Below, piece by piece: positions 1 to 7,094 of a stretch of 64,000 nt of DNA. Origin of the DNA: a virus (lineage: Duplodnaviria; Caudoviricetes); the IMG/VR virus record IMGVR_UViG_3300031555_004297; one strand, 5' to 3'. Below the pieces are notes generated by a model. That model saw nothing but the letters and a program-made list of their open reading frames with translations. It did not search any database and was not told where the DNA came from. Position 1 is the first letter of the stretch. The number at the start of each line of letters is the position of its first letter. A program made the translations under genes and the position numbers.

Positions 1-2325
1 GAAAGATACAGAGTTTGCAGCTTCGCGCTCAAGAAGAGGATTAAGGATAGACAAATCAGAAGACATAGGATCCTCCATAACCAAATCAATTACAGCGCTA
101 CGCTTCATAGAGATACCGACTTTTCTTCCACGCTTAACCTGAGTTTTATAATCAGTATAAGCTTTGGAAAGAGCTTTATAGAAGTAGCCAGCTACGATCT
201 CAATTGTTCTATAGCGATTACCAGAGATATCGGTATGGCGATTATATTTATTATCAGCAAGAAGATTATTTGCATACATAAGCATTCCAAAATAATCAGA
301 AGGAATACTGCAATCGTTACAAACTTCTTCTGTGATAGGATCAATAAAGCAATCTACGAAGTTATCAAGACCATCCGAGAGGATTCTTCCGCCAAACTCA
401 TCAAGGAAGTCTAACCACATGGACCTCTTATCTACATCCATGATAGAATACATCTCAGTGGGGCAAGTAGCCAAACCATTGAGAAGCATTGAATTAGAAT
501 AAGTAATAGGATAAATGAGATATCCATCAGAGAATTTGATCCATCCGAATTCATTAGGATCTTTTCCAGTCTTTTCTCCAAGAAGTTTTGCTCCTTTGCA
601 ATACTTCATAACTCCATTAAGGCCAAGTGTATAGCCCATTACTACAACTAGCGGAATCTTATTAGCCATAAGGCTTGCTTCAGAATAATTAAGCCTAGAT
701 GCCGGCTTAATAGCTGTATATAGCTCTCTAAAATCTGCAGAAATAGAACCAAGCTCCTTCATAATTTGAAGAGAAACAAGATTAGTGTCTCCTTCACCAT
801 CGAAGTATCTAATAGAATTATCATACTTGTTGACCGCATAAGGAAGACCCTGTTTAGGATCTGCTTTATACGTTGTATAGTATTCATCTTGATTAAAATA
901 ATAAATCGAGGTAGCAGTTTCGATTCTATTTACTTCAGATGCAATATCAATATAGTCTGCAGGAAGTTCATATTTAGAACAGATTGCGGTATTATCTCCA
1001 AACCAGACTTTAATGTCTTTATTGCCTTTATAAAGGGTTGTAAATTTATGCAGAGCTTTATTAAGAACATCAGAAGATGGATAAGATCTTCCTTTAAGGC
1101 CATGACGACGAATGAAAATCTTGTTATAGTTGCTTACGCACTGTACAGTATCTTCATCGGTCTTAAGACAAGGCAGAAGCATAAGCTGACCAGACATGAC
1201 TTTTTCATTTCCACGAAGTCTCATAAATCTATTACTCTTAAATTTAGGAATATCGAATACAAGACTTGCTCTCTTTCCAAATCCATCCTCAGTCTGAACC
1301 GTATAAGTATCAATATAATCCATATTCGTGGATGTATCTTCAACCTTAATATCGATAATAGAAATAGGATAAGTCTTCTTAGAAAGATCTGCGAGCATTC
1401 TCATGATATCGCTATTGATATCATAATTATCTTGGAAGTTGAGGAATTTCATATCACTCCATTCCTCATTAATAGAATCTACTTTAAGATGCTTCGAAGG
1501 AAGTTCAATCGACGAAGGGGTTACAGTTAGAATATCTCTAATCTTTTTTCCTCTCATAGTCTTTTCAAGAAACTCGTCATTGAGTTTTGTCATTCTTGAA
1601 GTTCTGGCTGCATTAAAAGTAGGAGTATTGGAGTCTTCTTCCTCAAGTTCAGCAAGAAGTCTTGCGATATTCTCATCGTCTTCAAGCTGATTCCAGGCCT
1701 CTTCCTCATCTTCAGAGTTCTCGGCAGCTGTTGTAATAGCATCCACAAGTTCAGCTTTCTTGTCTTCAATTTCTTTCTCTTTAATAGCAGGTTTTTCTAC
1801 ATCTTTAACAGGTGATTTTGTAGGAGCTACAAAAGTCTTGGTCATTACAAGAGGAGCAGCTTCCTCTTTATCAATAAGCTCTTCGAGAAGCTGAATTACA
1901 ATCCTATATTCTGTAGCTTTATATTCATCAGCGATAAGAGCAAAGTTCTTTTTATCCGCATTATAAAAAATAAAAGTAATGCCATTAAACTTCAATCTGA
2001 AGTCAGAAGGAGATTGCTTCATATATCTACAAATAGTCCCAATAGGATTATGAGCTTCTTCCGCTCTTTCTCTATTGATTCTAAACCATGCACTTACAGG
2101 AACAGAGATAATTCTCTGATGATATGCTCTAATAGCATCACAGTATTTCGATAGGGTTTCAATATAAGAATTATCATTCTTATAAGTAATATTAGATAGA
2201 TTAATAATTGCACTTCTTCCATTAAGTTCCTTAACAGAATCTGTTGTACGTTTGATACCCTTTTTCTTTAAACGCGCTGCTTGCTCATCACTAAGAGCAG
2301 CTTCATTAATATTGATTTCACTCAT
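1..2325 (-). CDS. Multisubunit RNA polymerase beta subunit, N-terminal part (probably virion RNAP); runs off the left edge
   Basis: Not in the ORF track. Hand translation from ATG 2325 (RBS GGGAGGTG) is open to base 1: MSEININEAALS...YTVQTEDGFGKRASLVFDIPKFKSNRFMRLRGNEKVMSGQL...NPLLEREAANSVSF. The IPKF..RFMRLRGNEKV..QL segment matches the beta-subunit IP....F.ING.ERV..SQL region. Confidence 0.8.
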   Translation of the reverse strand, partial: MSEININEAALSDEQAARLKKKGIKRTTDSVKELNGRSAIINLSNITYKNDNSYIETLSKYCDAIRAYHQRIISVPVSAWFRINRERAEEAHNPIGTICRYMKQSPSDFRLKFNGITFIFYNADKKNFALIADEYKATEYRIVIQLLEELIDKEEAAPLVMTKTFVAPTKSPVKDVEKPAIKEKEIEDKKAELVDAITTAAENSEDEEEAWNQLEDDENIARLLAELEEEDSNTPTFNAARTSRMTKLNDEFLEKTMRGKKIRDILTVTPSSIELPSKHLKVDSINEEWSDMKFLNFQDNYDINSDIMRMLADLSKKTYPISIIDIKVEDTSTNMDYIDTYTVQTEDGFGKRASLVFDIPKFKSNRFMRLRGNEKVMSGQLMLLPCLKTDEDTVQCVSNYNKIFIRRHGLKGRSYPSSDVLNKALHKFTTLYKGNKDIKVWFGDNTAICSKYELPADYIDIASEVNRIETATSIYYFNQDEYYTTYKADPKQGLPYAVNKYDNSIRYFDGEGDTNLVSLQIMKELGSISADFRELYTAIKPASRLNYSEASLMANKIPLVVVMGYTLGLNGVMKYCKGAKLLGEKTGKDPNEFGWIKFSDGYLIYPITYSNSMLLNGLATCPTEMYSIMDVDKRSMWLDFLDEFGGRILSDGLDNFVDCFIDPITEEVCNDCSIPSDYFGMLMYANNLLADNKYNRHTDISGNRYRTIEIVAGYFYKALSKAYTDYKTQVKRGRKVGISMKRSAVIDLVMEDPMSSDLSILNPLLEREAANSVSF

Positions 2326-2347
2326 TTGGGCACCTCCCTAAAATATT

Positions 2348-2359
2348 TAATAATAAGTT
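2348..2359 (-). promoter_or_regulatory. Late-type promoter AACT-N6-TA upstream of RNAP beta
   Basis: Plus strand TA-ATAATA-AGTT; same geometry as about 20 other sites in the window. Confidence 0.6.
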
Positions 2360-2413
2360 CAGAGTGCAAAAAATAATGAGGGAGGAGCATAAAGCTCCTC
2401 CCAATAGGATTTG

Positions 2414-2986
2414 TTATGTATTTAAAAATTGGACTCCAGAGAACATACCAAGTTCTCTGGAGTTAATATAGTATTCTTCTTCATATGGTTCTAAGGGCTG
2501 TCCCCAAGAATATACTTTAATATTTTCTGAACCTTGCTTTATACGCTTAGGCATATCAGATGCTTTATAGCAAAGCGCATCTGATTTTACATTGAAATTT
2601 TCTTTATCTTCATAGCAAGCATCTTTAAGTGTCCATTGATGCTTTTTGCAGAAACCTAAAATGATCCTTCTATCGAGTTCATCGGTTTCACGGATTAATA
2701 GTTTGTGCTCATCTGGTTTAAAGCTCACGCCCCCATTCATATGAAGGACTATAGCTATATACTTCCCTGATTTAGGAAGTTTATAATAAACGTATGTATC
2801 ACGTCTATTACGGCTTGTGCCAATTTGTTTTTCGATTCTGAGTTCATAGTGAGGAATGTTTACAACATCATCTGGATTAGTTGGACGACTATCAGCCTCT
2901 CCACGAGCCCAGGCTTTTGGTATGTGAATGGCATACTCATTTAAAATTTGTTCATTATGGTTTTCTCTTATTACAGAATATATCAT
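2414..2986 (-). CDS. Hypothetical protein (190 aa)
   Basis: RBS AAAGGAGG; followed by hairpin GGAGGAGC/GCTCCTCC at about 2381-2402. Confidence 0.75.
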   Translation of the reverse strand: MIYSVIRENHNEQILNEYAIHIPKAWARGEADSRPTNPDDVVNIPHYELRIEKQIGTSRNRRDTYVYYKLPKSGKYIAIVLHMNGGVSFKPDEHKLLIRETDELDRRIILGFCKKHQWTLKDACYEDKENFNVKSDALCYKASDMPKRIKQGSENIKVYSWGQPLEPYEEEYYINSRELGMFSGVQFLNT

Positions 2987-3433
2987 GATATATCCTCCTT
3001 TCTAAAATTTGGTTTGAAACCATAATAAATATCAACAATAGAAAATTTGATTTTGTTTAAACCTCTCCTTTCTATAACATTATAATAAGATAAACTCCTT
3101 GCTAGAATTTATCTGCTATATCTTTAGGGATACGAAGATAAACATATTCATATCTTTTACCTCGTTTCGGTAAAGATTTTTCGAAGCATGTTTGCTTTTG
3201 CGATAAAGGCATGAGTTCACATGTTTTGATCATTATCTATCATACTTTTTGGTATGCGTAGATACGCAAAGCTGCTAGTTTCATGAAACTTGTATTCGGC
3301 AGCGAAAACACTTAAAGCTAGACAGAATGTTGTGAGCATTCTGTCTAGATCTTTATATTTATCATTTAATACAGCAATTTACCTCCTTTCAATGGAGATA
3401 TGTGATTATCTTTTATTGATAATCTTCATAGAT

Positions 3434-3442
3434 ATAATATAT
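3434..3442 (-). promoter_or_regulatory. Early-type promoter motif ATATATTAT (also at 18983, 21713, 25957, 26794, 41071, 54822, 62719)
   Basis: Identical 9-mer in 8 intergenic regions, facing minus-strand non-structural genes; resembles the phiKZ early consensus TATATTAC. Confidence 0.65.
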
Positions 3443-3496
3443 AGCCAAAAATTGCTATATTTACATCATTTTTATAGGATCATAGAGAAAAGTCTG

Positions 3497-3612
3497 AACT
3501 ATATAATAGGGATTCTTGCCACAATTCCTTGCTTTTCGTTCGTAAAGTCATAGTTTCAAAGTCCTTTCGTGCTGTGTACGAGCTGCGTGCGTTGCAGCTC
3601 GTACATGGATTT
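3497..3612 (+). ncRNA. Candidate small RNA 1 (late promoter, anti-SD/start segment, 12-bp hairpin)
   Basis: AACT-ATATAA-TA at 3497-3508; CATAGTTTCAAAGTCCTTTC at 3549-3568; stem 3575-3586/3594-3605; no RBS-led ORF on this strand. Confidence 0.5.
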
Positions 3613-3633
3613 GTTAAAAATTAATACAGCTAT

Positions 3634-3747
3634 AACTATTTTATAATTCATTCAAATGCCATTGGATGATAAAGGAATTTCATTCATATCAGTTGCTCCA
3701 TTTTTGTCTACATACTCTTAGCTGAGTATGTAGACGCTCTTTTGTTT
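3634..3747 (+). ncRNA. Candidate small RNA 2 (late promoter, anti-SD/start segment, 12-bp terminator)
   Basis: AACT-ATTTTA-TA at 3634-3645; CATATCAGTTGCTCCA at 3685-3700; stem 3706-3717/3724-3735 followed by a T-rich tract. Confidence 0.45.
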
Positions 3748-3762
3748 GAAAGGAGAATTTAT

Positions 3763-4578
3763 ATGCTTACACCAGTTTTAAATCCTTTATATGAGAATTT
3801 AAAGAAAGAGATAAAGCAATATGAGATAAATGAGCAATTATCATTTGATGAAACGCTCCAAGAATTAAGAAAGGACAAAGAAGATAATATTTATTCTATT
3901 TCTGGTCCAGATAAATATACTGGATCTGTATTTAGATCTAATAACTGTGGAGATTTTATGGTTACAGAATATTTCAATTATGATAAAATAGCCATAGTAT
4001 TTATGAATAGCGGATATAGAATGCTTGCTAGAGCTAATAATATCAATAAAGGTGAAGTCAAAGACCCTTATGCAAAATCTATTATGGGAGTTGGAAGTAT
4101 TGGAGTTGGCCCTTATAAAGTTGATGGTTCTCCATTTGAACGAATGATCTATTCTAGATGGAGAGGAATATTAGACAGATGCTATGTAAAGAAAGAACGA
4201 CGAAAAACAGTTCATTTTGAATGGCACAATTTCCAATACTTTGCTGCTTGGTTCACAGCAGAATTCTATTTGGTCCCATACAACACAATGTATGACATGG
4301 TAGTCGATAAGGATGTTCTAGTTCCAGGAAACGAAGAATATGGTCCTTATAGATGCCTGATACTCCCTAACTTTATAAATGCAAAAGTTCAGCTAAAAGA
4401 CTTCGAAATCGACAGAATTGAACGCCTTCAGAGCGGTACCATGACACAGTTTGAGATATTAAAGCTTTTTAAATATAAAGAAGAGAAAGAAGCCCGTATA
4501 AGATCCATGACGGAGGAATATCAAAATATTTTACCGCCGCATATATTTTTGGCAATTAAGAACTATAGAATGTTTTAA
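3763..4578 (+). CDS. Free-standing phage HNH-type homing endonuclease
   Basis: RBS AAAGGAG before ATG 3763; motifs YSRWRGILDRCY, EWHNFQYFAAW and DKDVLVPGNEEYGPYRCLILP typical of this phage endonuclease family. Confidence 0.75.
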   Translation: MLTPVLNPLYENLKKEIKQYEINEQLSFDETLQELRKDKEDNIYSISGPDKYTGSVFRSNNCGDFMVTEYFNYDKIAIVFMNSGYRMLARANNINKGEVKDPYAKSIMGVGSIGVGPYKVDGSPFERMIYSRWRGILDRCYVKKERRKTVHFEWHNFQYFAAWFTAEFYLVPYNTMYDMVVDKDVLVPGNEEYGPYRCLILPNFINAKVQLKDFEIDRIERLQSGTMTQFEILKLFKYKEEKEARIRSMTEEYQNILPPHIFLAIKNYRMF

Positions 4579-4647
4579 GCTCTCCAAGATTTTCCAAAAG
4601 TCCTAAATGCACGTGCTTCAAGCGATATTATAATTTAAAAAGGAGTC

Positions 4648-4659
4648 AACTACTAAATA
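4648..4659 (+). promoter_or_regulatory. Late-type promoter of the DGR target operon
   Basis: AACT-ACTAAA-TA immediately before RBS AAGGAGG. Confidence 0.6.
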
Positions 4660-4685
4660 ATTCCAATTAAAAGGAGGAATTTAAT

Positions 4686-4823
4686 ATGATTAAAATTCGT
4701 AACACCCCCCCCCCATGTCAGATTAGCGTAAAATCTTTCACGGGGCTCTCTTCCCGAGAGGTAGTTGGGGAACACAAATCAAATGATGTTAACCACATTT
4801 CAAAGAGGGGAGGTGTCCTGTAA
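4686..4823 (+). CDS. 45-aa leader ORF with C10 tract, coupled (TAATG) to the DGR target gene
   Basis: RBS AAGGAGG 4671-4677; MIKIRNTPPPCQISVKSFTGLSSREVVGEHKSNDVNHISKRGGVL*; stop 4821-4823 overlaps ATG 4823. Confidence 0.6.
   Translation: MIKIRNTPPPCQISVKSFTGLSSREVVGEHKSNDVNHISKRGGVL
4705..4714 (+). repeat. Poly-C homopolymer (C10), possible slippage/phase-variation tract
   Basis: 10 consecutive C in an AT-rich genome, inside the leader ORF. Confidence 0.85.
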
Positions 4824-6223
4824 TGGGTCAGGCTTTAATTTCGCGTGGTGGTGGAGTTGGTGGTGCAGCAAAAGCTAAGGTGGAGATTATTGCTCCTCTT
4901 GGCGCAACACTTACGATATCCCAAGGCGATGTTGTCTTTACTAGAGAAGTAGAATCTTCTCCTGTGGAGATGAGCCTTGGGTATGGCGTTTGGACAATTT
5001 CTGCGTCCGGCGCTGCAACTAAAACCATCGATATTGATGTATTGAAGGTGTATGAAGTGAATGTAAGAGATGTAACTTATGGTATCAGTATTGATATGAG
5101 CAACGGCGCTCCTGCCGATGCTGTTACATATACTGATGATGCAGTGGGTTACTCCGCCCTGAGTTGTAACGATTCCACAGGTGCTTGTGATTACGGCAGC
5201 TGGGAAGGTGCAATTACAGGGATAATTGGATGTAAGCCTTGTCTTTATAAAGACGGTGCTCGTGTTGCATATCTCAATCCGAACAATTATGCTCAGCTTG
5301 AGAATGGCGGTGCCGCAGATATTACTTCCGGCAATGCTGGTGAAGTAATGGTTGAATTTAAGAAGACTTGGTATAAGTATGCAGTTTCTGGAGATACTTT
5401 GACTTTCCAGGTTGCCAACTACGATAGAACTGCAGATGGATTTGTCTGTTCTGCATTTAAGTCGAATGATGGCACTGCTACTGTAAAAGATTTTATGTAT
5501 TTCGGTGCTTATGAGGGCTATTCTGAAGGTGGAGATGATAAGTGTCATAGTTTGAGCGGTAAATCCGTTTGGAACAATAACTACTGGTCTTATTCTACTT
5601 TCAGAGATATCTGTAAGGCATTTGGCGCTAGTTATGGTATGGAAGACTGGGTTAAGAGATATTATATTCTCGGTTTGCTCATGCTTGTTACCAAGACTAG
5701 AGGTATTCAGGCCGCAATTGGAGATGGAAATGTCAATTCTGGAGATTTAATTAGTTCCGGATCTATGGATACTAGAGGCTTGTTCTATGGTATTAACGAT
5801 GATGGAAACACTGGCGTTAAAGCATTCGGAATTGAGCATCTCTGGGGTAATACTTATAGTTGGTGTGATGGTATCATTACTCTATCTGAATCGACTATTG
5901 GTCTTAAGGAGTGTGCTCCTTATAATGATAGTGGAGAAGGATATACTTCTGTTGCTGATGGAGCTACTAGAGGTTCATGGCAATATCCTACAAAGATGAC
6001 TCCTGTTCTTGGAGGAGCAGCAGTTGTAGCATCTACAACTCAGTCAGATTCTAACATTGGCTGGTGCGATGGCGTGTGTGTCGATGACTGCTCTGGCTAT
6101 GTTGCACAGGTTGGCGGCCACTGCAGCGCTGGTATTGGGGGTGGTGGCCCCTTCTGCGTCGTTATCGACTACAGCCCCAGCGACGGCAACGGCTATTGTG
6201 TGGGGCGGCTCGTTTCCGCCTAA
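4823..6223 (+). CDS. DGR target protein: probable receptor-binding/tail protein with C-terminal C-type-lectin-like (Mtd/FGE-type) domain
   Basis: 3' end contains the VR; motifs FGIEHLWGNTYSWCDG, VAQVGG and terminal VGRLV resemble CLec-fold DGR targets; RBS GGGAGGTG. Confidence 0.9.
   Translation: MGQALISRGGGVGGAAKAKVEIIAPLGATLTISQGDVVFTREVESSPVEMSLGYGVWTISASGAATKTIDIDVLKVYEVNVRDVTYGISIDMSNGAPADAVTYTDDAVGYSALSCNDSTGACDYGSWEGAITGIIGCKPCLYKDGARVAYLNPNNYAQLENGGAADITSGNAGEVMVEFKKTWYKYAVSGDTLTFQVANYDRTADGFVCSAFKSNDGTATVKDFMYFGAYEGYSEGGDDKCHSLSGKSVWNNNYWSYSTFRDICKAFGASYGMEDWVKRYYILGLLMLVTKTRGIQAAIGDGNVNSGDLISSGSMDTRGLFYGINDDGNTGVKAFGIEHLWGNTYSWCDGIITLSESTIGLKECAPYNDSGEGYTSVADGATRGSWQYPTKMTPVLGGAAVVASTTQSDSNIGWCDGVCVDDCSGYVAQVGGHCSAGIGGGGPFCVVIDYSPSDGNGYCVGRLVSA
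6069..6223 (+). repeat. DGR variable repeat (VR)
   Basis: 155-bp ungapped match to 6594-6748; 26 mismatches, all opposite TR adenines. Confidence 0.97.
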
Positions 6224-6246
6224 TCCCTCGCCGAGTCAGGGGTGGT

Positions 6247-6272
6247 GTGGAGGGGACCACAGTCCCCTCCAC
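6247..6272 (+). promoter_or_regulatory. GC-rich hairpin/cruciform downstream of VR (DGR target-recognition element)
   Basis: GTGGAGGGGAC-CACA-GTCCCCTCCAC, 11-bp stem with 4-nt loop; position matches the post-IMH hairpin of Bordetella BPP-1 DGR. Confidence 0.8.
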
Positions 6273-6276
6273 TACT

Positions 6277-6330
6277 CGACAATATGGCATAGCGAAGCGG
6301 CAGCGTAGCGTGCCATATTGTCGCCTTTTT
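6277..6330 (+). terminator. Second hairpin after VR, probable intrinsic terminator
   Basis: CGACAATATGGCA/TGCCATATTGTCG 13-bp stem followed by CCTTTTT. Confidence 0.6.
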
Positions 6331-6386
6331 ACATAAAATCTTACGATCTTACTTTTAAAACTTTCATAGAAAGGAGGATGGTAAAT

Positions 6387-6908
6387 ATGATTAAATTTAT
6401 TAATAACACTTGTATTTTTCATAAGATGAATAAATGTATACAGAATAAAATTGTTGTTTGTAAACTTACTAACTATTTAAATAGATCATGCAAACACATC
6501 GTTTCGTATTTGAATAGAACTAGTAAATTTATTCATAAGAGTGCTGGACGATGGCATCTTCTAGGGATAACGGAGAATCTCGTTCTGCGGGGTATGGCGT
6601 GTATGTCAATGACAACTCTGGCTATGTTGCACAGGTTGGCGGCAACTACAACAATGGTATTGAGAATGGTGGCCCCTTCTACGTCAATATCAACAACAAC
6701 CCCAACAACAACAACAACAATTATGTGGGGCGGCTCGTTTCCGCCTAAACCTATTCTGGACAATAGATCGATCTTGTCTATAGATCAAGCATTCTCGAGA
6801 GTGTTTTCTATTGCGGATAACTCCGATTCATCGAGTGTTACCAGTGTATATCTGAACTCTTTCTTGACTTCGAATTACAGGATGACTAAGAAGCATTGTA
6901 CAACATAG
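6387..6908 (+). CDS. Possible 173-aa ORF at the usual avd position, reading through TR out of the VR frame
   Basis: Strong RBS AAAGGAGG before ATG 6387; open to 6908; no Avd-like features visible. Confidence 0.3.
   Translation: MIKFINNTCIFHKMNKCIQNKIVVCKLTNYLNRSCKHIVSYLNRTSKFIHKSAGRWHLLGITENLVLRGMACMSMTTLAMLHRLAATTTMVLRMVAPSTSISTTTPTTTTTIMWGGSFPPKPILDNRSILSIDQAFSRVFSIADNSDSSSVTSVYLNSFLTSNYRMTKKHCTT
6594..6748 (+). ncRNA. DGR template repeat (TR)
   Basis: AAC/AAT-rich copy of VR, ending in the G/C element GTGGGGCGGC and CTCGTTTCCGCCTAA; lies upstream of RT. Confidence 0.97.
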
Positions 6909-7094
6909 GTGAATTCAACTCCGTTGAACCTTACCGGAAACGGTAAAATATTGCCCGTCTCGAGGTGGACTAGTAGCTTAAATGTCGAAGATCCGCTAGG
7001 GCTTGAATAGGGTTTAAACCTTATTCTAAAAGCTTAATAGACGAAAGACTTTAAGTCTTAGCAAAATAAATCATCTTAAGGAGGAAAATATTTT
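6749..7094 (+). ncRNA. DGR RNA spacer region (structured)
   Basis: Hairpins: TTCAAC/GTTGAA at about 6914-6928; TTACCG-GAAA-CGGTAA 6931-6946; GTGGA..CTAGTAG..TCGAAG..TCCGC at about 6965-6996; GAATAGGGTT/AACCTTATTC at about 7005-7026. Confidence 0.65.

Noticed and set aside
766-1690. Plus-strand ORFs of 254 and 83 aa
   Set aside because: Antisense to the RNAP beta ORF that the track missed because it runs off the window
6551-6748. 65-aa Asn-rich ORF and apparent (AAC)n microsatellite
   Set aside because: This is the DGR template repeat in the VR frame; AAC runs are the expected TR design
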